From: Octopus bimaculoides | Lineage: Eukaryota | Direction of reading: 5' to 3' | Length of the DNA: 32,439 nucleotides | NCBI RefSeq assembly: GCF_001194135.2 | Contig: NC_069004.1 | Span: 2,246,756-2,279,194 of the forward strand | Shown here: positions 1-11,431 of the stretch, piece by piece | Numbering within the stretch: the first letter of the stretch is position 1 | Layout of the letters: every line of letters begins with the position of its first letter | The notes under the pieces: generated by a model | Told to the model about the DNA's origin: nothing | The model's database searches: none | The model's input: the letters and a program-made list of their open reading frames with translations, nothing else | Position numbers and translations under genes: made by a program

Positions 1-250
1 CATAAAGAAATTTCTGGAGAGAAATCTTTTCAAAGAGGGCGGGAAGATGACTTCGAAAAATTGACAAGATCCAAGCTTTTCTCTCGGAACTTTTAGCAAA
101 ATGGAGTCTTTTTTTCTTTACTAAAATTTGATAGAAATATTTTTCAAATGGCATAAATTACGATCATAAAGAAACTTTCTGGAGAGAAAATCTTTTCCAA
201 TGCGGTTAGGAGATGACTTCGGCAAAAGCAGACGATCCGACGTTTTCCTC
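1..250. repeat. degenerate ~164-bp-period tandem repeat
   Basis: cataaagaaatttctggagagaaatcttttc..gatgacttcg at 1 recurs as cataaagaaactttctggagagaaaatcttttc..gatgacttcg at 165. Confidence 0.8.
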
Positions 251-788
251 ATTATATTTCCAAATCACAAACAACTTCCTAGAGATACCCTAGCCTAGTA
301 TTACTACACTATGTAATATTTTTTCTACCCACTTTCAATAACTCTTAATGTTTTGTCTTCATTTTTGTTTCATTTTATCTTCAATTAGTTTTATGCTTGT
401 CATTACTTTATGTTTCTCTCTCTATATATACATGCATACATATATACATACATGCATACATATATACATATATACATACATCCATACACACACACACATA
501 TATACAGACGCGTTTCCGAAGAAATCTGTTTTAAAAAATGCACTTTTGGAGGCGAGGTGCCCCCTTTCTTGCCACATTTATTAAGAAGACATTTTGAAAA
601 GAATAATAAATCAATGCTGAAGTTATAAAAATTAGTGGTAACGATGTCTGGACAACAAAACCGTGTTAGGGTTTTGTGTGAAACATGTCAAAGTGTATTA
701 AAACAATATGTTTTACTTACCTTCTCAGGCTATATAAGCTCTAAAGCTGCAACACAGGTTTGAAATGTCATCAAGTGTCTCCACTTAC

Positions 789-841
789 CTTCAGCAATCT
801 GTCGCGCCGAACGTTGAAGCGGCCAACTCGTACCCTTCGAT
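789..841 (-). other. candidate spliced exon of an unidentified minus-strand transcript
   Basis: About 140-nt pyrimidine tract plus ccacaccag| acceptor and GAAG|gtaagt donor; 53 nt, open as phase 1-0 (RRVRVGRFNVRRDRLLK). Confidence 0.35.
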
Positions 842-854
842 CTGGTGTGGATAG

Positions 855-985
855 AGAGGGGGAGAGACATAGGGATTGAGAGGGGGAGAGACAGAGGGAT
901 TGAGAGGGGGAGAGACAGCGGGATTGAAAGGGGGAGAGACAGAGGGATTGAGAGGGGGAGAGACAGAGGGGGAAGCAGAGAGGGG
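855..985. repeat. 24-bp minisatellite (gagagggggagagacagagggatt) x~5
   Basis: Visible tandem units; explains the SPPLNPSV repeats in ORF 791-1009. Confidence 0.95.
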
Positions 986-1187
986 GTGAGTAAACGTGTG
1001 TTTGGGCATTTATGAATTGTTTTTTTTTTTTGGCCTGTACAATATAAATTTTAAAATGGAAATTTCTTTTAGCAGATTCACAATCTCCGGCCCCGATGTA
1101 GTGTGTTCATGTAAAAATAAAACCAACAAAATATCCCAAAGGCGGTGCGGTCCATGATCTTTACCTCCGCCGATTTGTACATGCCCC

Positions 1188-1735
1188 GATCTATGAAATT
1201 TTGGGAATGATTTACTGCAAGGTGAATGTAACCGAGTATGTTGAGATTACAATAGCTTGCCAAATTGTCAGTCATAACAATTGTTCCTGGAAGAACGTTT
1301 TTGTCTGATAACATTCTCCAAACGTCTCTGTACTCCTATCGGGGACACGTTGAAGAAATCCTTTTCTGGTTGTGTTGTCATAACATCCGACAACCCAAGT
1401 TTTGCGACACATTCTTCCTACATTGTTCTTGCTATTGAAGAACAAGCTTTGCATCGATCTCCACTATATGATCCGGACCACCAAATCGGAGTTTTGTCCT
1501 GCAGCAGTTTTGTCGAACAAACATGTCTACAAAACTGGTACCACTGAACGGAAGCTTTTATATCAATGCAATTCATGCTTACAGATATCGCCACAGGCAA
1601 TTCGAAAATAAAATCAAACACTAAATGAAAAATTATATATAGAGGCAGCTTAGAGTTTTCTGTAAATGTACCTGAAAGAGTTTTTTTTACATTTAGCGCA
1701 CTTTCTATTGACAAACCCGTCAATAGAACGACTAG
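1188..1735 (-). mobile_element. Merlin (ISXO2-like) DNA transposase relic, frameshifted and 3'-truncated
   Basis: Pieced across frames: DGFVNRKCAKCKKTLS..SKLPL..QWYQFCRHVCS..GGPDHIVEID..SLFFNSKNNVGR..TWVVG..FLQRVPDRSTET..VLPGTIVMTDNLASY..LGYIHLAVNHSQNFIDR. These are canonical ISXO2 motifs with at least 3 frameshifts. Confidence 0.9.
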
Positions 1736-2128
1736 AATTTTGAAAATTCACGCACACGTTTTTTCATTGACAATATGTTTTGTCTTTAGATAATCTTTAT
1801 ATAATGTTCTCTGGTGCAAAGTACAGTAAAAATTCCTATCTGGGTGTACACAACGTAAAATAAATTCAGAAAAATAGCAACAGGTGCTTCTTTTTAAAGG
1901 GTACAAATATTATTATGAAGATGATGATGATTGTTGCTGATGGATTGGTTGTGGTAGCTTCTTGATTTTAATTAGAGTTTACGGAAATAATGCATGTTTG
2001 AATGTTTCGTAATGCATTAGGAATGAATATGTACGCCATCATTTTGATTCTCACTGTTCTCTACGCATATAACAATTTATTAAAAAAAGAGAATTTAACA
2101 GGAAAAAACTTTTATAAACGCCAACATC

Positions 2129-2158
2129 ATGAACTTGGGTGGCGAAGTTGACTGGGGT
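2129..2158 (+). CDS. possible first coding exon of BCL10-like gene (MNLGGEVDWG)
   Basis: catcATG start and phase-0 donor GGT|gtaatg are compatible with the acceptor at 2368; no homology support. Confidence 0.25.
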
Positions 2159-2367
2159 GTAATGAATGATGTACACGATGAATTCCACGCGTAAAATTTC
2201 CTTCGTGAATAGAGAAGAGTGGATTTGGTAGTCGAAAACTGAAGGAAACCCGTCCCTGTCTGTCTGTCTGTCTGCCCCTTGCTCTCTCTCTCTCTCTCTC
2301 TAGTGTATCCTGTAGCTTTATATCTATACATATATGTATTATATTTTGAATTCTTCTCATTTTCAAG

Positions 2368-2647
2368 ATATTGCAGTCAGACAAAGATTACATCAGCCAA
2401 CACCTAAAGGCAGCAAACCATTACAGCTTCCTACAAGAGAAAGGGGTGCTGACCAAAGAGAACTGCGATGTTATTGAAAAAGAAGCATCGGACAAAGAAA
2501 AAGCGGACAAATTATTGGAGATTATCATTTCGAAAGGGCCAAGTTCGTTTGATTACCTCTGTGATGCCCTTCAACACGAAGACACACAACAGTTCCTACT
2601 GGAGCGTTTAAAACAGAAATTTGACATGAGGAAGCATTTCCTTTTAG
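2368..2647 (+). CDS. BCL10: BCL10-like gene, CARD exon
   Basis: 280-nt exon flanked by AG and GT; encodes the six-helix CARD pattern including KADKLLEII..KG and TQQFLLERL. Confidence 0.85.
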
Positions 2648-3998
2648 GTATGTACGTATGTATGTATGGATGTAGAAATACTCGGGTCGGTATCCGATGG
2701 TGCAGTAAGTCCCTTGAGAAAGACAGACACCGGGTCTTTATCAAGACATCCCTCTAGGAGAAAGCTAACTCGTATATAAATCCCAATGCCCTACTGAGCT
2801 GGATATCTTGCACTTTGCTTGTCCCTAGACTTCTTGGTATTGCTAATGAGAGTCGCTGTAGTTTTGAACAAGTTGCGACTTAAATCCCTACCGTGACCAT
2901 TGCTTACACTTAACACCTGTCAGCAACGGTCACGCTCGTCTAACGAATAGACAGGCATATGCATACACAAACACGCCCGACAACACATCCGACCGCACAC
3001 ACGTACAATTTATAATTGGCAGAAATTACAGTGACTCAAAGGTCATGCACAAAGCTCATAAAATTCCTTTTCGTATCCTGGAGAAACATGAAACATAAAT
3101 CGCATTAATTTTGTTAACCCTTTTTAATGTTCAGATTATTCTGTTAAACTTTAATACTTATTTATTCACATTCTCTTCAATTAATCATGCATTATCGTGT
3201 AGCTTTGAAATTTCAAGGATGACTGTTGAAAAGGTTGCAAGACGCAACGAAAAGTTTAGGAAAAATAAATAAGTAAATGAGCGGAAAATTTACCAGTGCG
3301 TGTGTTAAATATATATATATAATTCAAAATTTAGGGTTCAGCAAGTATTGCTTCACCACACACCGAAAATTAGAAATAGCAAATAATGGGAGTCGTATTT
3401 TAGTAGAGAAATAGTAGTTTTGGCTGCTATTTCTAATTTTCGGTGTGTGGTGAAGCAATACTTGCTGAACCCTNNNNNNNNNNNNNNNNNNNNNNNNNNN
3501 NNNNNNNNNNNNNNNNNNNNNNNNNNNNNNNNNNNNNNNNNNNNNNNNNNNNNNNNNNNNNNNNNNNNNNNNNNNNNNNNNNNNNNNNNNNNNNNNNNNN
3601 NNNNNNNNNNNNNNNNNNNNNNNNNNNNNATATATATATATATATATATACACGTTCTGAGTTCAAATTACGCCGAGGTCGACTTTTACCTGTCATCTTC
3701 TCGTAGTCGATAAAATAAGTACCAGTTGAATGCTGGGGATCGATGTAATTGACTTACCCCCTCTTCTCCGAACTCGTTGGCCTTCTACTAGAATTTGAAA
3801 TCAATATATAGAAGAAGATCTCTGCTATTAAAACTAATTGTTGTATTATACTCTTGTGCCTCTTCTCTCATTGCAGATGTATGTGCCGCTAAAGAAAACA
3901 AACCCCGTAAAGTGCCAACCTCTCTGCCCATCGCTAGTATCGATCTCACCTCTACTCCTTGCGTGGATTCACAACCAAGTGGTAACTCACAAAACTGA
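2368..3998 (+). CDS. BCL10: BCL10-like CARD-domain adaptor (spliced; coding exons 2368-2647 and 3877-3998; first exon upstream, unresolved)
   Basis: Exon ILQSDKDYISQHLKAANHYSFLQEKGVLTKENCDVIEKEASDKEKADKLLEIIISKGPSSFDYLCDALQHEDTQQFLLERLKQKF matches the CARD pattern. It aligns by eye to recalled human BCL10 (LENLRVYLCEKIIAERHFDHLRAKKILSREDTEEI..RKRAGKLLDYL..NPKGLDTLVESIRREKTQNFLIQKI). Acceptor tttcaag|ATA (phase 0), donor TTAG|gtatgt (phase 1) and acceptor ctcattgcag|AT (phase 1) join in frame to an S/T/P-rich tail ending TGA at 3998. Confidence 0.75.
3115..3236. mobile_element. degenerate piggyBac-like MITE (different internal sequence)
   Basis: ttaacccttt ... gaaaaggtt ends. Confidence 0.45.
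3333..3473. repeat. perfect 49-bp inverted repeat (fold-back), 43-nt spacer
   Basis: 3333-3381 is the exact reverse complement of 3425-3473; it ends at an N-gap. Confidence 0.95.
3652..3800 (+). mobile_element. SINE fragment (gataaaataagtaccagtt family)
   Basis: Same core as 16818-17010. Confidence 0.75.
3877..3998 (+). CDS. BCL10: BCL10-like gene, terminal coding exon
   Basis: Polypyrimidine tract plus ttgcag acceptor; phase 1 matches the upstream donor; encodes DVCAAKENKPRKVPTSLPIASIDLTSTPCVDSQPSGNSQN*. Confidence 0.75.
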
Positions 3999-4213
3999 CG
4001 GCAAAATCTTGAAATAGAAGAGAAAAGAAGCGAGAGAACGTTGTAGATTTTTATATACACATACCTACATACATACATACATACATATATATGCGTACAA
4101 ATATATATGTGTAAAAAATATGTAATTAAATATATATGTATATATAAAATAATATATGATATATATCATATATAATATATATAATTATAAATATAAATAT
4201 ATGATCTATAAAG

Positions 4214-4252
<39 letters not shown>

Positions 4253-4671
4253 ATACATATTATACGCACTTAAACATGCAGTTAATAACAAATATACATA
4301 CACGCATTCACAACTATCTAATGATGATGATGATGGCGATGATGATGATGATGATGATGATGGCGGCGGCGGCGGCGACGACAACGACGACTAGGACGAT
4401 GATGACGACCATAACGATGGGGGTGTATATAGCATATCCCGGACCCTGTCTGTCTGAATCTGTCTTGCTTACCCTCTAAACACACACACACACACGCGAG
4501 TTAATTCTTTGTTTTTGTACTAATTACATAGTACAATTATTTTTAATCGTACTATGCCCATGCTGGAGCACTGTATTTTTCTTCTAAAAAAAATTATTTT
4601 AAAGAAAATTTTTAAAAATTTTCTTACAGTCTTTCCCTAAAAGACGGCTTCTACGACTTAGCCGGCATGCG

Positions 4672-4934
4672 TTGGGTTGTCCGATAAATTCGTTCGTTTT
4701 TTTTCCCCCTACTAGGCACTCCATCGTCTTACGTCTAAAAAGAGGCAAAACTTATTAAAATTTCAAAAACGATGAACAAAAGCTGTACAGGAAGAGCAGA
4801 GCTACGAAAAACCCTCCATAAAACACTAGAATAAAAAATATTTTTCGGGTTAATTCAAGAAAAATTGGAGAGGATTAAAATTAAAGGGTTGGGGGAACAA
4901 AAAAGAAAACGAACGAATTTATCGAACAACCGAG
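4672..4934. mobile_element. mariner-like MITE
   Basis: Imperfect TIRs ttgggttgtccgataaattcgttcgtttt..cccc and gggg..aaaacgaacgaatttatcgaacaaccga; TA immediately 3'; no ORF. Confidence 0.7.
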
Positions 4935-7900
4935 TAGTTGTTTAACATGTCCTATTTATGGCTGGCAGTTGTTAAATGTCCCACAATAAAAACTCCCAAC
5001 TGTCTGTGAAGTTAAGGTGTTGGCCTTCAGGAATTCCAAAATGATCTGATCACTTCGGTCATTTTTGTGTTGTACACCTGGACAATGTTCACAGTTCTGC
5101 TCGCTTTAGCTTGCTTGACTGACTGACAAAAAGCAAAAAAAAAATAAATGGATAGAAAATTGTTCTTGCTAGTGGTAGCAAGGGAAGCGACTCATTGTGT
5201 GAAAATAAAAACAAACAAGTAGAAAGCAGTTATATAAATAATTATTTTAAGAAATAACAAATTGACTACAGTATACGTCCGGAGAAGTGACTGTTGTGGA
5301 CGTACCGTGTTTAAAAACGCAAATATATATCAGTAACAGACTAAGAGTGTCCAGCAGTAGCTGTGGGAATGCTAGATGCGCATTTATGCTTTGTTAGGAT
5401 TCGTCAGTAGTATGTACCCTCTGCTGGTCGCATATTAAGACAAACTCTATCGCTACTGATGTTGGAAAATTGTGACTGAAGAATCACTGTTGTTGAAATT
5501 AGCCGCCCAGTTGAAGAAAAAATCTGTTAAACGCAACAGGAGCAGCATTACATTAAGTGTTATACATAGATAGCTATTTTAATCTAATACTTCTTTTGCT
5601 GCACATAATGGATTTTTACTTTCAAAGAGCAATTTCAAAATCCCCTCCTATGTAAACATTGAAAAATAATTGTAAAACAAACTTAGAAATGAAAAGAAAC
5701 TATAGGGGCTTACCCCCACCCAGCATGTAACAATGATGGGGGTATGGTTAGAAATGCATGTTTTATACAATCAGTCATCTGTATTGTGGGGTTTTGCTCA
5801 AACAGAAATCATAAAGACTGCTGACGATATGAGTGGTAGGAGATGTTCATGAAACATTGCGTATGACAATAATATATTATATGTGTGTAAATATAATAAG
5901 TTTTGCTATGAAAATGGTTAAAGCTGAAATTCAGGAGAGAGTACATGATTGAAAACTGCTTTATTACAAGTTCAAATATTTTTTTTATTCCCTTAGGGTT
6001 TCATATAGCTGAATCACATAGTAAAATTGTGAAACAAGCAGAAAGTGATGTCGCTTTGACGCAAAGTGACTGAGATAGATTATAAATGACATTATGTGGT
6101 TTATGGCCATCAGTTATTAGGTTTATTTACCCTGTTATTGTATTTCTTTTGAAATACGCTGCTTTATTTTTCAATTAATTTTGAAAATAACGACGAATTT
6201 ATTAAAATAACTTTGCTATTATTAAGTTGGTGTTTGGAACATGAATTAACATGAAATTCTGATGGAAGGGTGTTTTTTTAGATTGTTTTAAAACAGAAAG
6301 TTTATATTATAGAAATATGGGCAGATTCAGGCAGGTTGGTATGAAAAGGGTGTGAAAATATCTGGTCAGAAATGGAGGCATTTGGGGAGAAAAGTTTAGG
6401 GCAGGAATAAGTGGAAGATTATTGATACCCAGTATCCCAGGAAAAGAGGGACCATGGGCTTCAGTAAGTGAAAAATATTATGTCTTCTTGTGAAGATTGT
6501 TTGGGGGTTGAAACTCAGATTAAAGAGAGGATGGATTGACATAAATGGAAGCCACTTTTGAGGTAATAAATATAAAAGAAAACATATAATCTGCCAAGTA
6601 CATCCAAAAAACCATTTTGTGGTGTTCATCGATATAATGGGTGAAAACCCACAGGTTAGAATGAAGAGTTGAGTTGAAGCAATCCTTGATGGCCCTAATG
6701 CACTCAGCAGCATCTGCATAGAATGAGAAAAGAAACAATCCACATTCTCTGAATACTTCTGCTTCAGCATTTGGCAATGTTGTGATATTGTTTTTATTAA
6801 GAGCTTCTCACTTGAAGTGCTTCTGTATTCTGTAATTAAGTTTTCATGAATTACTTGGTCAATGAAAGCAATATTCGACACACCATGTCTTTTATTAAGA
6901 CACATAGTTCATCTTTTGAAGGCCCATGGATCTCATATCACTTTCATTGTCATTGTCCTGAAGAAAGAGGCCCTAATCACCCTTCTGCTTGGATTTGCCC
7001 TTCATTTTAGGGGGGTTTCTTCTTTATCTTTTTTGCTGCTCTATATGCCCTTTCAAACAGTTTGGAAATAATTTTCATTTTCCAACACCCACACCTCGTC
7101 ATGAGATGAATGAAGTAACACAGCTGGCTATAAAAGAGAGACAGGGGGCCTGGTCATTGGTTGCTAGGACTGGGTACAAAGTGAATTACTTCACCGTATC
7201 CTGAACTATGACGAGTGGTGCTCTGTGGGCATTGACATACAACAACTAAGCTTCCTTCACTGGCAATCTTATCACCCTTCTTTCTGCAACCTCAATGAGG
7301 AACAGTTTTAGGATTGTTTTGTGATCTTCTGGCTGACGAGGACTTGTATATCCACTATGATTTCACCTGGCCACATTGCATTTTTCATGGCCCCAGAACA
7401 TTCTCAGGTCCGCACTATGATGGCAATGAGTCCAAGATCAACGCCATTACATACATCCTTGACTCCAACTCTCGGGTTTTTTCTCATTCCAAATTGTACA
7501 GGCAGTTGTGTATCACATCTGCTCATGCAGTTTGCTTACTTCGTCCTGACCCCATGCTTAGAGACTCATATAATTTACTCCGTCTCCAAAAAAAACCACT
7601 GGCTATAGTGAAGGAAGTCACCTTGTGTCCGGTCCCAGCATCCATTGGCCAGGCACCCAAACTCCCAATCAGAAAAAAAGCTTCCGTGTTCCTAACAAAA
7701 CTGATATAGGTAATTTATTTTTCTTCGTTGCTCCTTAATAATAGGGTCAGGGAGAATAGCATGATCCTTGGTTACACAGCTTTGCCATACTGACCTCATT
7801 TGTGTGAAAATACTCATGTTCAATTTTTGAGTGTTACTAGTAATGTTTAAAAACGAAGACAAACAATAAAAAATTCCTAACTTCACTTGTTGAAGCTTGT

Positions 7901-8039
7901 GTGTGTATGTTACCATTATCGCTAATAAAGTCATTATTTTTTTGATTTCATAATGTGTCTATTTCTTGCAGTGCGTGGTGAGGTGTAAAGCTGATCCCTT
8001 GTCATAATTATGTATAAAAGCATAAAATATTATGTATGC

Positions 8040-8085
<46 letters not shown>

Positions 8086-8090
8086 ATATA

Positions 8091-8775
8091 TGGGAGAATT
8101 TATGAAAAAAACAACAACGGATGAAGACAGGTGGTGTAAACAACAAATGGATGTATTAGTTTAACGCTCAGGAATAGAGAAAGTCTTTGTATGTATGTNN
8201 NNNNNNNNNNNNNNNNNNNNNNNNNNNNNNNNNNNNNNNNNNNNNNNNNNNNNNNNNNNNNNNNNNNNNNNNNNNNNNNNNNNNNNNNNNNNNNNNNNNN
8301 NNNNNNNNNNNNNNNNNNNNNNNNNNNNNNNNNNNNNNNNNNNNNNNNNNNNNNNNNNNNNNNNNNNNNNNNNNNNNNNNNNNNNNNNNNNNNNNNNNNN
8401 NNNNNNNNNNNNNNNNNNNNNNNNNNNNNNNNNNNNNNNNNNNNNNNNNNNNNNNNNNNNNNNNNNNNNNNNNNNNNNNNNNNNNNNNNNNNNNNNNNNN
8501 NNNNNNNNNNNNNNNNNNNNNNNNNNNNNNNNNNNNNNNNNNNNNNNNNNNNNNNNNNNNNNNNNNNNNNNNNNNNNNNNNNNNNNNNNNNNNNNNNNNN
8601 NNNNNNNNNNNNNNNNNNNNNNNNNNNNNNNNNNNNNNNNNNNNNNNNNTATATATATATATATATATATACACGGAGAATTCACAAAAAAAACAAAAGA
8701 CAAAAACAGGTGGTGTAGAAAACAAACAGATGTATTAGTATCAGATAAATAGTTATGATGACAATGAAAAGGACC
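8091..8775 (+). repeat. two diverged copies of a ~100-bp repeat flanking an N-gap
   Basis: ggagaatt.a..aaaaaa..acaggtggtgta.a.aacaaa..gatgtattagt at 8092-8190 and 8675-8745. Confidence 0.75.
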
Positions 8776-8855
<80 letters not shown>

Positions 8856-9621
8856 AATTTTTAAAAAAGATAAACATATTAAATGAAAACAAATAGCATT
8901 TTGTATTTCTTAATGATGTTTTAATAATAAATTTTTAATATTCTTAATTATAAAATATTCATCATTATCATTAAATTTCCTTAGTATTGCTAATCTGGAA
9001 ACAAATAACTTTGTGTCAGTATGGTGATGTATATAAGCATTGTGTGGGGACAGTATTTGAGTATATGGGTATGGGTATGTATGCATGCATGTATAAGGTG
9101 TGAGTGCATGTTATGTATATATGTATGTGCATGTGTGTGTACATATATACCCACACACATACATATACATATATTATACCACACACACACATATTAGTAT
9201 ATGTGTGTGTGTGTATGTGAGAGAACGTGTCTCTCTACGTGGGTGTTTAGCTGTCTCTGTGAATATGGTGTGCGTATATATGGCTTGTATGAAAACACAT
9301 GTATTTGTCTGTGTGCGTATTTATTTATATATGTCAGCCAAAGTTTTACATAGAGCATTCATGTGGGTCTGTGGGTTTATACATAATTTTATGTGCACAC
9401 ACACACACACACACACACAATACTTATATATGCATGTATATATGTATAGCTACATACATACATACATAATTACATACATACATATATACATAGAGCGTGT
9501 CTATATATGCAACTATATGCATAAGAACACATATATAAAATAAAACATACAAATCTGCACACATACTTACACACATACATACATACATATACACACACAT
9601 ACATACATACATACATACATA

Positions 9622-9735
9622 CAAAAATGCCCTGTTGTTGATGTTGAAATTCCAATGAAGGAGCCTTGGATCTGGGTTAGAAACCGGTTCTTTCTCTGTT
9701 GGCAAGAAATCTTGAAATAAACCTGAATAATGAAA
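9622..9735 (+). mobile_element. ~110-bp module shared with 18717-18817, embedded in (TACA)n
   Basis: ccctgttgttgatgttgaaattccaatgaaggag..ggttagaaac.ggttctttctct.ttggcaagaaatcttgaaataa is near-identical in both places. Confidence 0.8.
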
Positions 9736-10068
9736 TACATACATACAAACATACATACATGCATGTATACATACATACATACATTCACAGATCCTAGGTA
9801 CAATAAATGTGCCAAGAATTTGTGATGCCTACACGTACACCTTTCGATATCATGCCCTCCCCTACTCATGCCCTCATAATCTTATAAACCCCCTCATACA
9901 TATTCACACACACATGAACTTCATCTAAAAACCGATGCAGTTACAGTTATTGTTACTTTTGTTGTAGTTTCTCTGTTATTTGGCATTCAAACAGATGAAG
10001 AATTATAACCCAAAACTCCTCAAAACCCTCAGATTACATTCTAGTAAAACCCTGGTCTTCCTTCTGAA

Positions 10069-10284
10069 TTAACTATTCATTTCAGAACTTGGTACCTGAG
10101 CCGCTGATGGGCTGTCTTCTTCCATGGTCTTTGATGGTAAGTTCTCCAGGTCCAGATATTGAGTCAATAGAGGGATGCCGAGACGTGCAGCTTCATAGTG
10201 TATGGCATTGACTTTACGTTCTTCTTGCAAATAATACAGCATCTCAACGCGGTCATACTTCATTTTTTCTATGTACGGACGATT
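10069..10284 (-). CDS. CCDC87: CCDC87-like terminal coding exon (NRPYIEKMKYDRVEMLYYLQEER...*)
   Basis: tcaaag| acceptor, phase 0; RPYxxKMxxDxVEMLYxLQ motif; TAA ends at 10069. Confidence 0.85.
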   Translation of the reverse strand, partial: NRPYIEKMKYDRVEMLYYLQEERKVNAIHYEAARLGIPLLTQYLDLENLPSKTMEEDSPSAAQVPSSEMNS

Positions 10285-10527
10285 CTTTGAGGTTGGCAAG
10301 AAAATAAAGAAGAATGAAAGATTAAATGATGATTTCTATATTTCGGTGCAAGATCAGACGTTATGTTGGGGAACAATAAATGCTCGTCGGCCAAGTAGAT
10401 GACTAGTGTTATTTTTATAAGTTAATAAATAAATAAACGGAAGGTAAAATTGGCAGTTGTAGGATTTGAAGTAAATGGAAAGACAGCAGCAGCAGCAACA
10501 ACAAGCACACCAACAACAACATCGATT

Positions 10528-10590
<63 letters not shown>

Positions 10591-11382
10591 GAGGCTTCAA
10601 ATGTTACATTTGTAGCAGGTTGAAACATAGATTTAAATGATGACAATATTAATAGCAACAAAATTTATCAAAATGGTGTCTCTTAAGTCTCAAAGGTAAC
10701 TAAAAAATGTGTGTGTGTGTGTGTGTGTTAGTGGAGTGGGGAAGGGTTATAGTTACCTGAAAGGTGACAGTTTCGTTGTACTTCTTACTAATCCGTTTTA
10801 TACTAGGAATAAGCTTTGCATCTATTTCATCAATTTTCTGAAAAGGAAAAAAAAAAAAAAACCAAATAAAAGATGAAATAATAAATCAAAGATAAAACAA
10901 ATGTAGTTGCACTGATTTGAAATGTTGGCACAAGGCCAGCAATTTTTGGGGAGGGGCCAAGTCAATTACACTGACCCCAGTATTCAACTGGTACTTATTT
11001 TGTTGTCCCCCGAAAGGATGAAATACAAAGTCAACCCTGGCAGAATTTGATAGGGTTTGGTATGAGAGGCCACCACACACACACACACGCACACACACAC
11101 TCTCTCTCTCTCACATATACATGCACACATTCTCTCTTACACACACACACACTCTCTCTCTCTCACACACACATACACACATACATGTATGTACAGAAAT
11201 ATACATATGCAGATAAAGTGAGAGTGAAAAAGAGTGTGAGAGAGAGTGAGAGAGAGAGAGACATTACATAATAACAAACATACAAACATAATTAGATACT
11301 CACACACTTAAACAGAGACAGAGAGAGATTACGCATACATACAAGTATAACTAGATGCTCATACACATACACAGGGGGGGGG

Positions 11383-11431
<49 letters not shown>

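Noticed and set aside
721-746. Second minus-strand AG/GTAAGT-bounded 26-nt segment
   Set aside because: Stops in all three frames and the intron from 788 would be only 42 nt
791-1009. ORF with SPPLNPSV repeats
   Set aside because: Translation of the 24-bp minisatellite; better explained as intronic pyrimidine tract
1703-1728. 10-bp perfect inverted repeat TTCTATTGAC-N6-GTCAATAGAA
   Set aside because: Lies inside the Merlin coding relic; too short and internal to be a TIR; could be chance
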